Below are positions 12,590 to 25,460 of a stretch of DNA of 64,000 bases, one piece after another (the stretch's first letter is position 1; every line of letters begins with the position of its first letter). Origin of the DNA: Lytechinus pictus (lineage: Eukaryota). The position numbers and the translations under genes were made by a program. Under the pieces are notes generated by a model, which was not told the origin of the DNA, made no database searches, and saw only the letters and a program-made list of their open reading frames with translations. The stretch spans positions 8,062,001 through 8,126,000 of the forward strand of contig NC_087263.1 of assembly GCF_037042905.1 (NCBI RefSeq), in the 5' to 3' direction.

Positions 12590-13366
12590 GTAAGCCTGTT
12601 TCTTTACTTCGAAATCCGGGCATAGATATGGTAAAAGAATAAAATTATCCCGTTGAAACGATTTTTCTCGTTTTTGCGACATAGTAATTATGTCGCTCTT
12701 AAACCATAGTGTCTTGTTAAAACGAGGTAACTCATTTCAACGAGATAAAAAAATAGTTTTATCATTTCCTATCCCGAGCTCCGTACAATACATTGCCATA
12801 ATCTGCACAAATATCTTCTTTTATCCATTAACTGTTTTTATTCATTTATTTTGTAAAATTATTTTTGAAGGGGAGCGAGGATCGTTGAAATGTACGAAAG
12901 CATACTGATAAAAGCGAAGGAGTAAATCGACATAAAAAAAAACAAACTATTTAAAAAATTAAACCAAAAATGGTCTATAGTGCTAACTTTTTGTGGACTT
13001 TTATGAAAACATGCATTAGACTTCGATTGATCTTGTGTGTGTGTTTCAGGAGAATGCACAAATACATTTGAGTCTTGTAATTTGGCCGTCATGATCTCAT
13101 TTATCATTAAAAACAAAGGTGCATGGTAATGTGTGTTTGCGGTTACATATACTAAAAATATAATAATCATCCATCCAGGCTCTGCATAGTATTACCCAGG
13201 CTTTAGCACGGCTACCCTGAATTTATTGGTCGATGGGAATCATGAGTTTACTAAATGAGACGGTTTGAAATGAGATGAGGAATCGATTTGGACCGGGGAC
13301 GCCCCCGCTCGACAAATAAAATGTAAGAAAATGTTACCAGAAGCAGGTCATTACGTATCCCTAACA

Positions 13367-13550
13367 CAGGGGCCGTGGAAGCGGGGGGGGGGGGGGGGGA
13401 CTCGGGGCTTTAGCCCCCTCCCCCCCCCCATTTTTTTCCAAAACCATGTACAAAAACGTAAAAATGACCATATGATTGTGATTTTTTACATGGTCAGCCT
13501 CCCCACTTTTGGCTCAGCCCCCCACTTTGAAAACCGATCCGCGGCCCCTG
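13367..13550. mobile_element. Short CAGGGGCCGCGG-family MITE (hAT-like)
   Basis: TIR CAGGGGCCGTGG / CCGCGGCCCCTG. Same family as the copies near 4243, 4738 and 41236. Confidence 0.75.
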
Positions 13551-14104
13551 TAACACATAATTACACGCATCCACCAACGTTCCCACATCCGCACGCCCAC
13601 CCACACACAGTGTCGAGGAGTGATCTATTTAACACGTCCCCATGTTTTGCATCATCTGAATGGATGAAATTTGGAGGATAACACTGGTGTCACTAGGTTA
13701 TCATTGACAATTGCCCTTATCATATATACTTGATTTCATTTCGTTTATGATACAATGAAGGGCTTGTCTGACTTCTTTGTGTGCGTAGCTTTAATAACAA
13801 CATGGCTGCATAAACACGAACAAATTATAGTGCTCTAGGTTGACAGTATAGTATTTTCATTTTCTTTGAAGATGGAAAAAAGGTCAGCACAAAGAAGTAA
13901 TTAATATTAGCCCAACATCATGCTCAGTGTTTGTACATCGATACATAGGCTATAGTCACACTGACATTTTCCGATTCAAAACCGATTGTTCGTGTGTCAA
14001 AACATGGACCTACTAGCATAACGCAGTCGATTAGGTTGGGCAGGGTTCGATTTCACCGTTGTGACTGTCGTACAGTATCTCTCTGTGAATTTTCTCATCT
14101 ACAG

Positions 14105-14437
14105 CAAATGACAATGATCTGATTTTCCTACTGAGTGGGGCAGGGTCGTATGAGGGCGCTGTTGCTTATCGAGAACGGGATCGACGGGCGTTACTTTGTG
14201 ACGGAAGTTGGACCAACCGAGAAGCAAGTGTGGTGTGTCGCATGATCGGGTATGAAAGTGGAACTGTCGCCAGAGTGATCGGTGTGATACCAGATACTTT
14301 CGATGACGTCTTCCAGTGGGACGTCGTGTGTGCTGGCGATGAGGAACGACTGGAAGACTGTACGGTGACCAAGAGAGAGACACCTACAACATGTGCTCCT
14401 GGAAACATTGCTCAAATCAGATGCGGACCAAATGAGA
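14105..14437 (+). CDS. SRCR gene exon: SRCR domain 3 (6 Cys)
   Basis: ctacag| acceptor and |gtaagt donor, 333 nt, phase 1-1. Translates SGAGSYEGAV...LLCDGSWTNREASVVCRMIGY...VVCAGDEERLEDC...C...IRC. Confidence 0.93.
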
Positions 14438-14529
14438 GTAAGTAATCTCATTGTAGTTACCATCGTCTTTATCCGGGGGGGGGGGGGCAGTCCCTCTTAT
14501 TTTGGGAATAAATGTATGCTAAAACGTCT

Positions 14530-14786
14530 AATGTGTTGTGGCTCTGTGGACTTTGAACCACAAGGTCTAGGGTTCAAATCCCACCACAGCACTAGCGTCC
14601 TTTGGCAAGGCGTTTATCTACATTTGCCACTCTCGACCCAGTGAATGGGTACCCGGTAGGAAGGAATTCCTTGAATGCTCGATGCGCCCGATCAGGGTAG
14701 CCGTGCTAAAGCCAGGGTAATAGTTTGCAGCGCTTAGAAACATAAGCGCTATATAAATGTTGCATATTACTATTATTATTATTATT
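14530..14786 (+). mobile_element. tRNA-derived SINE with L2-like tail
   Basis: B-box GGTTCAAATCC, core GTCCTTTGGCAAGGC...ACTCTCGACCCAGTGAATGGGTACC, and tail GCGCTATATAAAT followed by (TAT)n. An inverted fragment lies at about 13180-13220. Confidence 0.75.
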
Positions 14787-15284
14787 CTAAAAGCTTCATC
14801 TGATGCGTCATCACCTGATCAACCGCCTTTCACCTATTATATATTGACCCCCCCCCCTCCCTCCCCTTCAAAACCGTTCCGCAGCCCCTGATATGTATGG
14901 ATGTCTTTCCTTCTATTACTCAGTGTTGTTGTGAAGGCATGATTAGGAATTTTACGCAGCTACAACAGGAATGGATTCAGGAACACAATAAATGTACTGA
15001 AAATGCCTGTTAAATGACAATGAACAGTTGCAAGGTCTTTGTCGAGAATTGGTGAACCGGAACAGCAGTTTCGTCCCTAAGTTTGGAGCAGACGAAGGAT
15101 TTAAAATGTGTCGTTTGTCCAGGATCCAAGACAAAACTGCTGTCTACATTTACAAATGTTTTAAACAGAGACTTATCGGTTGTTCATTGTCACGAGGAGC
15201 ATTTGATAATGAATGTTCTATGTTCTTGAATAGGTTTTACGTCTTGGTGCGCAAACTCCCTGTCGCTCTATGTTGCTGTAAAGG

Positions 15285-15642
15285 TAAACTGCCGATTCAT
15301 ATACTGCCAACTCGTCCACTCATCACATGGTCTACCTTTATTTAGTCTAATGCTATTCCGTCCATCAACATTTCACCTAACAACCATTTGGTCCGATAAT
15401 CACTTCGTCTAATAACCATTTAGTCTAATGCCCATTTTATTTTCATTCATTTCACCCAATTAACACTTATCCAATTAGACCAATTGGTTTATGAACTAAA
15501 TGGCCATTGGACCAACTGGTTATTAGACGAAATGGTGAGTGGTGAAATGGCAATTGGACGATGTGGAGAGTGGACGAATTGATGATAGACCAATTGATAG
15601 TAGACGAGTTGGTAATTAGACGAATTGACATTAGACCAATTA
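15285..15642. repeat. Foldback element of short degenerate (TAGACGAA / TTCGTCTA-type) units
   Basis: Left-arm units such as CAACTCGTC are mirrored by right-arm units such as GACGAGTTG. Confidence 0.65.
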
Positions 15643-15669
15643 GATTTTCTCTATTTCCTTAAAACCAAG

Positions 15670-15993
15670 ATGGAAACCTTCGGATAACCGGAAGTGGCTA
15701 TACTGAACAAGGACGGGTAGAGATCTATCAAGATGGACAGTGGGCCCATGTCTGGCTGCTTTCGATCTTCATGGATAAACGTTTCTACGACAGAATTTGC
15801 ATTGACCTGGGATATGAAAAGTCGGTTTACCAATACTTAGGAATAGGACAGATGCCTTTTGAAGCAGGATCTGGTACCGCGGGACGTATGTGTGAGTATG
15901 TACCGTCAACCGGACGTGTCCACTGTCAAGCTCTTACAAATCAGACAGGAGGCGGGGAGGAATCACAAGTTGGCGTCGTTTGTAAGCCATTTG
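15670..15993 (+). CDS. SRCR gene exon: SRCR domain 4 (only 4 Cys)
   Basis: Pyrimidine tract with aag| acceptor and |gtgagc donor, 324 nt, phase 1-1. Translates GNLRITGSGYTEQGRVEIYQDGQW...RICIDLGY...VGVVC. Confidence 0.85.
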
Positions 15994-16422
15994 GTGAGCT
16001 TTATAATATTCGTATGTCCTTTCCAACGAACATAGAGGGCAGCAACACTATGCAGTCAGAGTAGTGTAAAGTGTTACTGCCCTCTGCGTTCGTAGGTAGT
16101 TATTTTAATAATTGTAAAAAAAATAAAATAGGGTGGTGCTTGATAAGGGCTTTACGTAAAGAAGGGAGAACATAACAAGAATGAAAAAATCTCCAGAAAA
16201 AAAACGAAAAATAACATTAATCAGACTCCTGATCTAAACCTCTTGACACCGCCAGACTATTATTATGTATCTGCATTTGTAAACGTTCGACGTGTATATA
16301 CTAATTTTACTTATCAGAAGACTTTCAGTTATAGTGGAAAACAAATTATTTCACGAACACAAACGCAATGATTCATAGACCCCGTAAATAAGTTTATATT
16401 ATTCTTTGGTCTCTCTTTACAG

Positions 16423-16553
16423 ATATTGTGGCATACCATCCCATAAGACTAGTTGACATGAAAACAGATGAGGTCAATAACAAATCGGGCTATGTAGAGA
16501 TGTATCATGATGGCCAATGGCGTGGTATTTGTGAGAACATTCTTCATTCTGAT
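16423..16553 (+). CDS. SRCR gene exon: N-terminal part of SRCR domain 5
   Basis: ttacag| acceptor and |gtgagt donor, phase 1-0. Translates PIRLVD...SGYVEMYHDGQWRGIC. Confidence 0.92.
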
Positions 16554-16729
16554 GTGAGTTTAACGAAGGGTATCCCCTTCAGAAGTTCCCCCATCAATTA
16601 TCATGAGACATTTTGCCAATCAAATAACCAATTACAATCAGACAATGGTACTTGTAGTTGTGTCATTATTTTCCTTTTCTAACCCGATACGATTTCTATG
16701 GCAGATAATTATTTACACATTCAAAGCGT

Positions 16730-16830
16730 TGATAACAATATTATTAACAATAATAATGATCATGATGATAAAAATAATAATATTAATACTAATAATAATG
16801 ATAACAACGACATCAATAATAATAATAATA
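16730..16830. repeat. Degenerate (AAT)n microsatellite
   Basis: Read directly from the sequence. Confidence 0.85.
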
Positions 16831-16933
16831 GAAACCCGATTGTGATTACTACTGCACCGAAAAATAACTCAATGTCCGACTCAACCTATATGAATTTAAA
16901 AAAACATTCTTCTGAACTTGACTCTTTATCCAG

Positions 16934-17153
16934 CTCGTATGTTCTGAGTTTGGTCATGCGGACCGCTCCCACGCCGCTGCTATTGATACATCGGTGATTG
17001 CTGACGGAAGTTCAGAGCTCTCCTCAGTCTGGTTCAGTTTTACAGAAACAACTTTTTGTGATACACTCTATGGATGTCGGCACAGCGCTTGGGGACACCC
17101 CCTCAGTGATTGTAACAAGCTGGCGGTTCAATGCGTCGAAGTGGAAGGGAGAG
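16934..17153 (+). CDS. SRCR gene exon: C-terminal part of SRCR domain 5
   Basis: tccag| acceptor and |gtaaga donor, phase 0-1. Translates LVCSEFG...VWF...CDTLYGCRHSAWG...CNKLAVQC. Confidence 0.9.
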
Positions 17154-18415
17154 GTAAGAAATATGAAAATAATCAAAAAAATATTTGTTTCCAGACCGGA
17201 GGTGTTCTTACATAAAGGAGCTTAATTTGTACAATAGATTGGAAGATTCTCTCTCTTTCTCTCTCCCTCTCTTTTGAATACCCAATACCAAAGCTTAATG
17301 TGTATTACCTGTCAAAATGCCCCCAGCCCCGAATGCCATTTCATCAAAAGTGACATTCTGAACGACTGGTGATCCTATCTTCTGGTAAATTATATTCACC
17401 ATTAGATTTTCATTATTATTTAGCGCGTAAGAAAGGTTCACCAGTCGTTCGTAACGTCGCTCTTAACTTACGAACAGCATTATTAAACATCCACCCGGTC
17501 TGGATGAACGCATAAGTGGAGTTCGACCCTCTGGACTGCTTTATGATAATATGGCCAATATGCGTCCGCCATGCACGCTTCAGACGCGACTTTTCGCAAC
17601 GCCACGCAGAAAGAACTCAAGAACACAGCAAATATATTGAAAATGCAAGTCAAATCACGATGAACAGCTGAGAGGTCTTTCTCAAAGGTTTGTGAAACGG
17701 AACACCAGATCGTCGTAAGTTTCGGAACCGACGAAAAAGTGCAAGTATACATCATTTGTCCAGAGGCCAGGAAAAACTGTTGTTTTGATTCACTAACTTT
17801 CGACAAAGAATCCATTGTCATGAATGGCACTTGACAATACATTCTCTATGTTCCCGAATCCGTCGTGAGACCGAAAACTCCCTATTGTCTTCCTCATCAA
17901 ACGTAGGCCTATGGCTGACCTTCCACGTGATAGCATCAGACTCGTAAGGGCAAATGCAAAACATGCAGCCCCTGCCTAGAAGAGTTTTAGGCTGAGATTT
18001 ACATTTCTATAAACCTAACACTCAGCCACACCCATTATACACGCATACCGCGGAGCCGCAATGACCATTGTTGATTGTCCATCGTGTATCAAAATCCATA
18101 CCATGCCCATCGGCCCATATCACAAATACACATTCTTTATGTTGGGACGTTCCTACAAAAAAAATAACATGTTCAAAACTACCCCTAATGATGGAAATTC
18201 AGACGTATAAGTGAAGTAGCCATATTCGAAATGAAATTTTACAGTTACGAGATTGATAACAATATACATATTCGAGATTAACGTGATTAATTGAATATAC
18301 ACTGGGCTTTAATAAATGGGTCCATTTCTTTATACTTTGATTTAATTGACCCTATAAACGTGTATTATTGACATGTATTTTCTTCCCTTTGTTTATTTCT
18401 TAATTACTGCATTAG

Positions 18416-18498
18416 CTTCGTCTTTGGAAAGCCTGACTCTTTCTGTCATCCTCCTCGCGGTTGCAATTGCAGTCGACCTCGGCTTCATCCACGTGTAA
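18416..18498 (+). CDS. SRCR gene terminal exon: hydrophobic tail resembling a GPI-anchor signal
   Basis: Long pyrimidine tract with ttag| acceptor, phase 1. Translates ASSLESLTLSVILLAVAIAVDLGFIHV then TAA. Confidence 0.8.
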
Positions 18499-19013
18499 AA
18501 GTTCAGGCCTTATGCATTTGACGTCATAATCTCATAGCGCCCTCGCTGAGAGGATATAGGAATACGCGTAAACGGAGTTGTCAGAGATACGCCAGTGCAG
18601 ATCACCAAACACACGCAAGGCAAAGGACCTGACCGTTAAGATGGCGCGAAGACGTCAATGCATAATGTCTAGTTCATCTAAGTATTTCGGATTTTACTTT
18701 CACGTGCCTCTTTGACAAGTTTAAAGGAGGATTGTAACTAATTCAAAACTCATTAGAGTAAAAACATACATGTATATAAAAAAGGAGGGTTGTTGGGGGT
18801 ACGTACGCATCTTTATGGTAGGGCTAAGTAGGCTTTAGGAATATAGTTTTAAAGGATTTTCAATTGAACGAATCGCACTTACAAAACTATATTCATGTGA
18901 AAAGGAGAAAAGAAGTTTAGGGAAGTACCGCGATCATGACTACGATTCCGGTCACTTTGGCTGGAATCATGCTGGCGTCAGCGGGATCTGATTAAATCTG
19001 ACTAAATACAGCC

Positions 19014-19172
19014 AGGGGAGCGTTCATGAAATGACTTGTCGGACGTTTTATCCGACGAGTCCCATTTTATCCGACAATTAACATAATAACCGTGCTTCTA
19101 AGTCAATCAAAAGAAAGAAAAATTTTGCATTTCTGACAAGTTGTCGGACAAATTATGTTGATGAAACGCTCT
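19014..19172. mobile_element. Short Harbinger-like MITE
   Basis: GGGGAGCGTTCATGAA...TTGATGAAACGCTCT with TCCGAC/GTCGGA motifs. A related copy lies at about 32692-32827. Confidence 0.6.
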
Positions 19173-19807
19173 AAAGATCACGCAAACGCAAGCATGTTTT
19201 TAATCAAAATAAACAGAATTGGGAGTCCACAAAAACAGAAATATGCTTATTGAAAAACATATATTAGCTTGACTAGTCAAAATGGTCTAAATCTGGTCAA
19301 ATTGACTCGATTCTAGTAAACATGATCCGATTCTATCACAATTACTACTTCATTATAGAGAAAATTACAAAATCCTACAATGTATAGCCTACTTCATCAT
19401 TTCATTGTTTTGGGTGTGAGAGAAGGATGATGTGGTAGGGGCGGGTTTTAGTCTATAACGTCTAAGCCTCTAACATGTCTAAGGAGTAACATAGAAAATA
19501 ATTAAAAGAGAGGGCTTTTGTAATTATGGGGCATTAATATCAATTAATTTAACCAAAATAAAAACAACACATATAGCATGTGTAGATATTGTTTACTAGA
19601 AGGGCATTACTACCATTAAGTTGTGTCAAATTACTTTGAAAATCAACTTGAATGTATTAATGTTGTATTCCTGTTCATTTCTATATAGGGATGCTAATAA
19701 TTTACCAGTTATTGTAAATAGTAGGCATGTGATGATTTCATGTCATGTATGACTAAAAATTTAAGTTCTTGAAATAAAAATTATCAAATATTACAAATAT
19801 ATATATA

Positions 19808-21240
19808 TTTTTTTAAAGGATGTTTTATTGTATTCTCCCAAATCAAAATACACATTCACATTCCATAAGCAAGTTGTACAAACTATTTGAAACATGATGA
19901 TAAATTATACAATAAATCCATAACAAGTATAATTATACAAATTATACATCAAATTTCAAAGATACTGGAAATTAATACTAATGCGTTTTAGCAATTACAA
20001 AATGAAATATTAACAAGATGTATGAAATGATAAGAGAGAAAAAAAAAGAAAGATAAAAAGTGATGTTCTACATCCCATTCCCCCGTCCCCGGGTAAGGAG
20101 TACCCTTCCCTTTATGCCTATACTCTACATGGAAGGGACTCCAATTCTCCGTATTGTTTTTTGTTTTTTCTGTGTTTTTGTTTATTTTGTTTTGTTTTGT
20201 GGTTTTGTCTCTCGTTGTATATATACCTTTGCCTGACTCTCCCAATATATTCTTTTAATTAAGATTTTCCCATTTCCTTAAATAAAGAGACATCTTACCT
20301 CTACCTAGCGCCAGCCTTCTTTCTTCCCATTCTTCTTCTTTAAATTTCCTTTTAATTTCATCCATGGTTATAAGTGCACCCTTTTCCCTCCCTTTGAAGA
20401 TTAAAAATTTAACAAAGATTACAAAATGATTGACTACACGTTCCTTTCCTTCGTCCTTTAATTCTACACCTACAAGAATTTCCTCCCAGCTTAAATTACC
20501 CGTAGAAATAAAACCAAACATCTCCTTACAATTATCCCAAACCAAACAAGCATATTCACATTCCAAAAATAGATGGCGATATGTTTCTTCCTCTTTTTTA
20601 CAATAACAACAAAGATTATTTTGTGAGATTTTAAAACGGAACAAGTGATGATTTGTATAAGCAATGCCGTGCAACATTTTAAACTAAAACTCTCTTAATA
20701 TACTGTTCAGAGTACATTGTCTTGGTCTCTTAAAAACGTGTTCAATCTTTTCATAAGAAAAACTACATTTGTTTTTTAACTTTCGAAAACATCAGGTATT
20801 GCGAAGTTACATTTCATAAAATTTGCATAAACGTTTTTGGATACTAACTCCTCTATTGACAAAATTCTTTTTCCAGATATAAATTATATTTCTTCCCTAA
20901 GAGAAGCCTCTTTGCTATCTATTTTCATATTTCGTTTCCAGCTGACTGGAATAGTTTCATAAATATAAAGTGCCTATTCGATGTTACATGTATTATGGAC
21001 GTATAATTCTTGCTAAAATCTTTCAATTTATCGCATGAAGAATTGTTATTCTTCTTATTTTCTCTCTTCGAAGCCCTCACAGTGTTGGGAACTCTTTGTA
21101 GGAAGTCCTATTAAACTACAAGTTCTTGCTTTTGGGGGCTCCCTAACCAATTTTACTTTGTTGTATGTTCTGTTGTATTGTATCTCGAATACTGACTATC
21201 ATTGTCTATTCCCCCCCAAATGGTTTAAACATTAAATTAA
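19808..21240 (-). mobile_element. Decayed 3' fragment of an L1/Tx1-type LINE
   Basis: ORF 20255-20677 (-) contains LCCYCKKEEETYRHLFLECEYACLVW, a zf-RVT-like C-terminal zinc motif. AATAAA and an A-tail lie on the minus strand near 19810-19830. The upstream part is broken, so the 5' limit is approximate. Confidence 0.8.
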
Positions 21241-21372
21241 AAAAACTTAAAATATTATATGTGTATATTATCCATTTTACGTCAGTGACGATGTCTGTAA
21301 AGTTGCAATATTAATATATATTCATTTCCCCTGTAATTAAAAAATAGCCTTGTTTACTTTGAATTTGTATTT

Positions 21373-22164
21373 GAAGAGTTTAGTTACAAAGGGGGTTAGG
21401 TCCACTTTGGACCATTCCGAGAAAAAAAAAATGTTTTTTATTCTCACTTATTGCAATATTCTTATGAGAAACTAAATTGTCATGATGTACTACCCTATCA
21501 TGTGAACATGAAATTGGGTATAAAAGAAATCTACCTGTCTTCAATTTTATTTATATATTTTTTTAGAAAATTAACATTGTGGACGTAAGTAACCCCTTTT
21601 GCAAGTAAACTGAAATGAATCCAATCTCTTTTGATTAAAAAATTTATTTTTCTTTGCCACTTTCATTCATGTTTTCATTTGAATTTCAAATTTTCTTTGG
21701 TATCATCAGAGTGACTAAAAATTTAGAGGTTTAGATACAGAAAACAATGAAATTTATGTTCTTCAGAAGAGTTTGGTTGCAAAAGGGGTAAGGTCCACTT
21801 CAAATTTTTTTTTTAATTCTCCCATATTTCAATATTCTTATGCGAAACAAAATTTCCATGATACCCTACCATGATAACATAAAATTGGGTATAAATGAAA
21901 TCTACCTGTCTTCTTTTTTTTAAGATATTCTTTTCCAAAAAATTTATGTGTGGACCTAACCCCTTTTGCAACTAAACCGAAATGGACCTAACCCCTTTTG
22001 AAAAAAAAAGGTGACTTTTCTTTGCCATTTTAGTTCTCTTTTTAATAGGAATTTCAATTTTTCTTTGGTATCATCTTATAGAGCTACTAAAAATCTATAC
22101 ATTGAGACATAAGAATCAAATTTGATGAAAAATGGACCTAACCCCTTTTGCAAGTGGGCTCTTC
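21373..22164. mobile_element. Second (inverted) copy of the GAAGAG...CTCTTC MITE
   Basis: Reverse complement of 10951-11752 along its length. Confidence 0.8.
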
Positions 22165-23304
22165 ATATATAGGTATAAAATTTCCTTTCCTGATAGAGTA
22201 ATATACTGGTATATGCCTTTCTTGAAAAGTGTGATATTTTCACTCTTCTTTCGGAAGATTCTCATCTCTCTGAATTAACAGGATTAATGTATATTGTTGT
22301 GAACGGCTGATTTCTCAAGAAAGTAAATAAACATAAAATTAAAATTAATACATGCATCTAGTTTTAGTTGCAAATTCCATCTGCACCAATGTGATCGAAA
22401 ATAATTGATCAATTACCTTTTACATTATGCTCTGTCTTTTTTTTAATATTTATATTCTTAACTATTTGTTCTTGTGTTTTTGGGTGTGATATTGTGAAAC
22501 TGATGTTTTTAATTCTTTATGATTTTTAATAAAGAAACATGAATATAAGAATGAACATGGAAGTTTAAGTGGAACATCTATTATTCTTATTTTTAAACTT
22601 AATTATCTATTGATAATCAAGAACATTAAATATTGGATAAAGTTTTTGCTTTCTTCTATGTATTGCATTTGCCAAATAGCAGTACCAATACTGCATTTTT
22701 TTTTATATATGTAATCTTGGGATTGATGTATTTTTATTATTGACATACCTTTTGAAATATTTCTGATGTTAAATTTATTACAAAATAGGATAAATACAAC
22801 ATTGATGTTTACTAATAAATACAGAGTTAATGGAAATGAAAATATAATGGAGAGTAATATTTTCTCTTTTGAACACATATTCGACGAATATTAATTTATG
22901 GGATTTCTCGAACGATTTTTAGCGCACACACTCACCCTATTATCACATACACACACACACTTTATACACATGAAGGAAAAATTAATGCTTTGTCAAGCTC
23001 TTATAATAATATATTTAATTATCCTTTTGAATGATTTTGAATTTTGGACTTTCTTTCTTCTTATAATGTGAAAAGCTCGCGCGATGTTTCACGACTTTTT
23101 AAAACAAAATCATGTGATTGCTTTACATTGAGTATTATAACAACAAAAAGTAAGGTTAGCGTATTCGTTTTCCTGCCTCCATGCAAGATATGTCCGCGAG
23201 AAGATATTTTTGTTATCAACGATAACATATTCGTTTAAGTGAGGCATTGTCTAACTCCGTATTAAATTTATGGGAAGCCAACAATTTGGAAATTACGTTT
23301 ATAT

Positions 23305-24388
23305 ACCCAGTAAAAAAAAAAAAAATCGTTGTTTAAGCCTCTCACTCTAACAAAAAGTTGTTTGATTGTTAAATTGTATGAAATTTTTAAACTTAAAAAA
23401 CACTTGCTTAAAACTTTAAAGAGGAGTTGTTAGTGTGACGGGCTTAAACAACGTGCTTGACATTTTAAACAGCGTTTTCACAGTATATATATGTTTCATA
23501 TCTTTGCTTGTTTTTTCTCACTCGTTTGATGATGAAGAGAACTGTTTCAGTAACTACTCAGTCAGTTATGTATGATGATTCGAGCGTCAAACTAGCTGTC
23601 AAATTGAATTTGTACTGTTGTAGAAAAAGCTGTTAGAATTGACCATCCATAGTAGACCACAACTTTACACCTTTGTTGTTAAACTACATGGAGTTCATGT
23701 GGGCCATTCTCTTTCAAAAATGATCTTCATAAGAAATATTTATGTTAATTCTAAATGTACTTTTTAACCTGAAGTTATCCTAAATTATCAAGACTCTTTT
23801 TTAGCTGAATGTCCAAATAATATTTATAATCCAACAACAAAAAAATTTCGAGTGCGTGAATGACATGGGTTTACAAAGTATCTGTATAATTTCTAAATGA
23901 CAAGAATATGACTGCTTGAATGTTGATATACCGCTCCGTACACTCCAACATTCTAGAACGTATTCTCCTTAATAGCTACACTGTAAAAACGCTGTTAATA
24001 TTTAAAGCACGTAGTTTATTCCCATCACTGTAACAACAAGACATTTAAACAATGTTTTAACTTTTTCGCAAAATCTCTAGAACTTTAATTAAACAGCTTA
24101 TTTGAAACTTTAAACCACGCACTTGCTTAAAACTTTAAACACCTTTTCAATACTTTAAACCACTTGCTTAAATCTTTATTCTTTATTCATTATACTGATT
24201 ATTCCCTTTTTGTTTTGATAGTAATGTACAGTGTATATTGTTACATATTTCTCACTAGTTAAGAAATGTATGTGTATTTAATTGTACTACTTTCATTTTT
24301 GCAATGTCAATAATCCAACTGTCATGGTGGCAATGAATTAATAAAATATAAATAAATCTTTGAGAATTTAAATAGCGTGTTTACAGTG
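23305..24388. mobile_element. Two degraded CACTGTAAAAA-terminus MITEs (about 23305-23484 and 23979-24388)
   Basis: TACACTGTAAAAACGCTGTT / AGCGTGTTTACAGTGTA termini with internal TTTAAAC repeats. Confidence 0.55.
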
Positions 24389-25354
24389 TATGGATTCCGA
24401 TGTTTCACTTCTTCACCGTTTTCAGTTTATTTTATTGTTTTGCTTGAAACAGCTCACTGGAAAAGTAAGGATGTTAAATTTACTCCAGTCTTTTGTGAGG
24501 GAACACCATTTCAGCGTTGAAGTGCACCGGTTTGGTTTTGGGCTAACACCAGATAGACATTCAAACAACCATAGCTATTAAGTGCTAAAACAAAATCGGT
24601 TTGATTCTAAACTGTTGTTAATTGTTTCAACACTACGGGATTTTTCGATATAGATACCAGATATTATTAACAAAGATATTTATGCTGGCTGATTAAGTCA
24701 TGTGGATACTTTATAGCACATTATATTTGGATTAATTTCCTGCTTTTCTTATAGTTGTCTTTTTATATTAAAAAGAAAAATATTCCAATCAATTTTTATT
24801 CACTTCAGCATTTCACATTATATTTTAATATCACAGACTATATCAAGGATTACCCGGAAAAGTGAATCGCGAGTAGTTAAGCGAAACACAGCTTCATTGA
24901 ATTTTGATCATTATTTTGATCCTGACCTTCGTCGGTCCATATATACATTTGCATGTTTCACACAAAAATGCGCACTTGTCATAACAGTGCTGGTAATATT
25001 TTTTTTGTGTGTGGAATCATACTCCGTGCAACATCAACAATATTCTTTCACAAAGTAAATTATTTCAAAGGACACACGTAAATGAACAGGTACATAGCTG
25101 CATTCGGATAAGCTCGTTTGAGGAAGTAAAGACAGAACTAATTGCATCTTCTAGCATACGCACACACATTCCCCTTCGGGAAAATACCTAACAGGTTGGC
25201 AAACCAGTAATTAACCAATACTTTTGGAGAGTTGTATTACTATTTGACTGGCTTCGCCGAGCTATGGGAGTTTTTTAAAACACGATACGGAGAAAATAGC
25301 AGCGTGTAGTGAATTTGAATATTCAGACGGTGCTAAAATTCACGCTTAGGAATT

Positions 25355-25460
25355 ATGAGGGATTACTACACAACGTGTGGTTTTAGGAAGTCACTTCTAA
25401 CTCTAATATCTACGTCACAATGGATTATTCTATCGATTCTCTTTCTGATGACCGGACAAG
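25355..25460 (+). CDS. C-type lectin gene exon 1 (signal peptide)
   Basis: Translates MRDYYTTCGFRKSLLTLISTSQWIILSILFLMTGQ with an ag|gtagga phase-1 donor. It joins exon 41546 in frame to give ...TGQGSG/QIC. Confidence 0.65.

Noticed and set aside
18535..18550. CTCF-like word TAGCGCCCTCGCTG after the SRCR stop
   Set aside because: A single imperfect short match with no supporting context.
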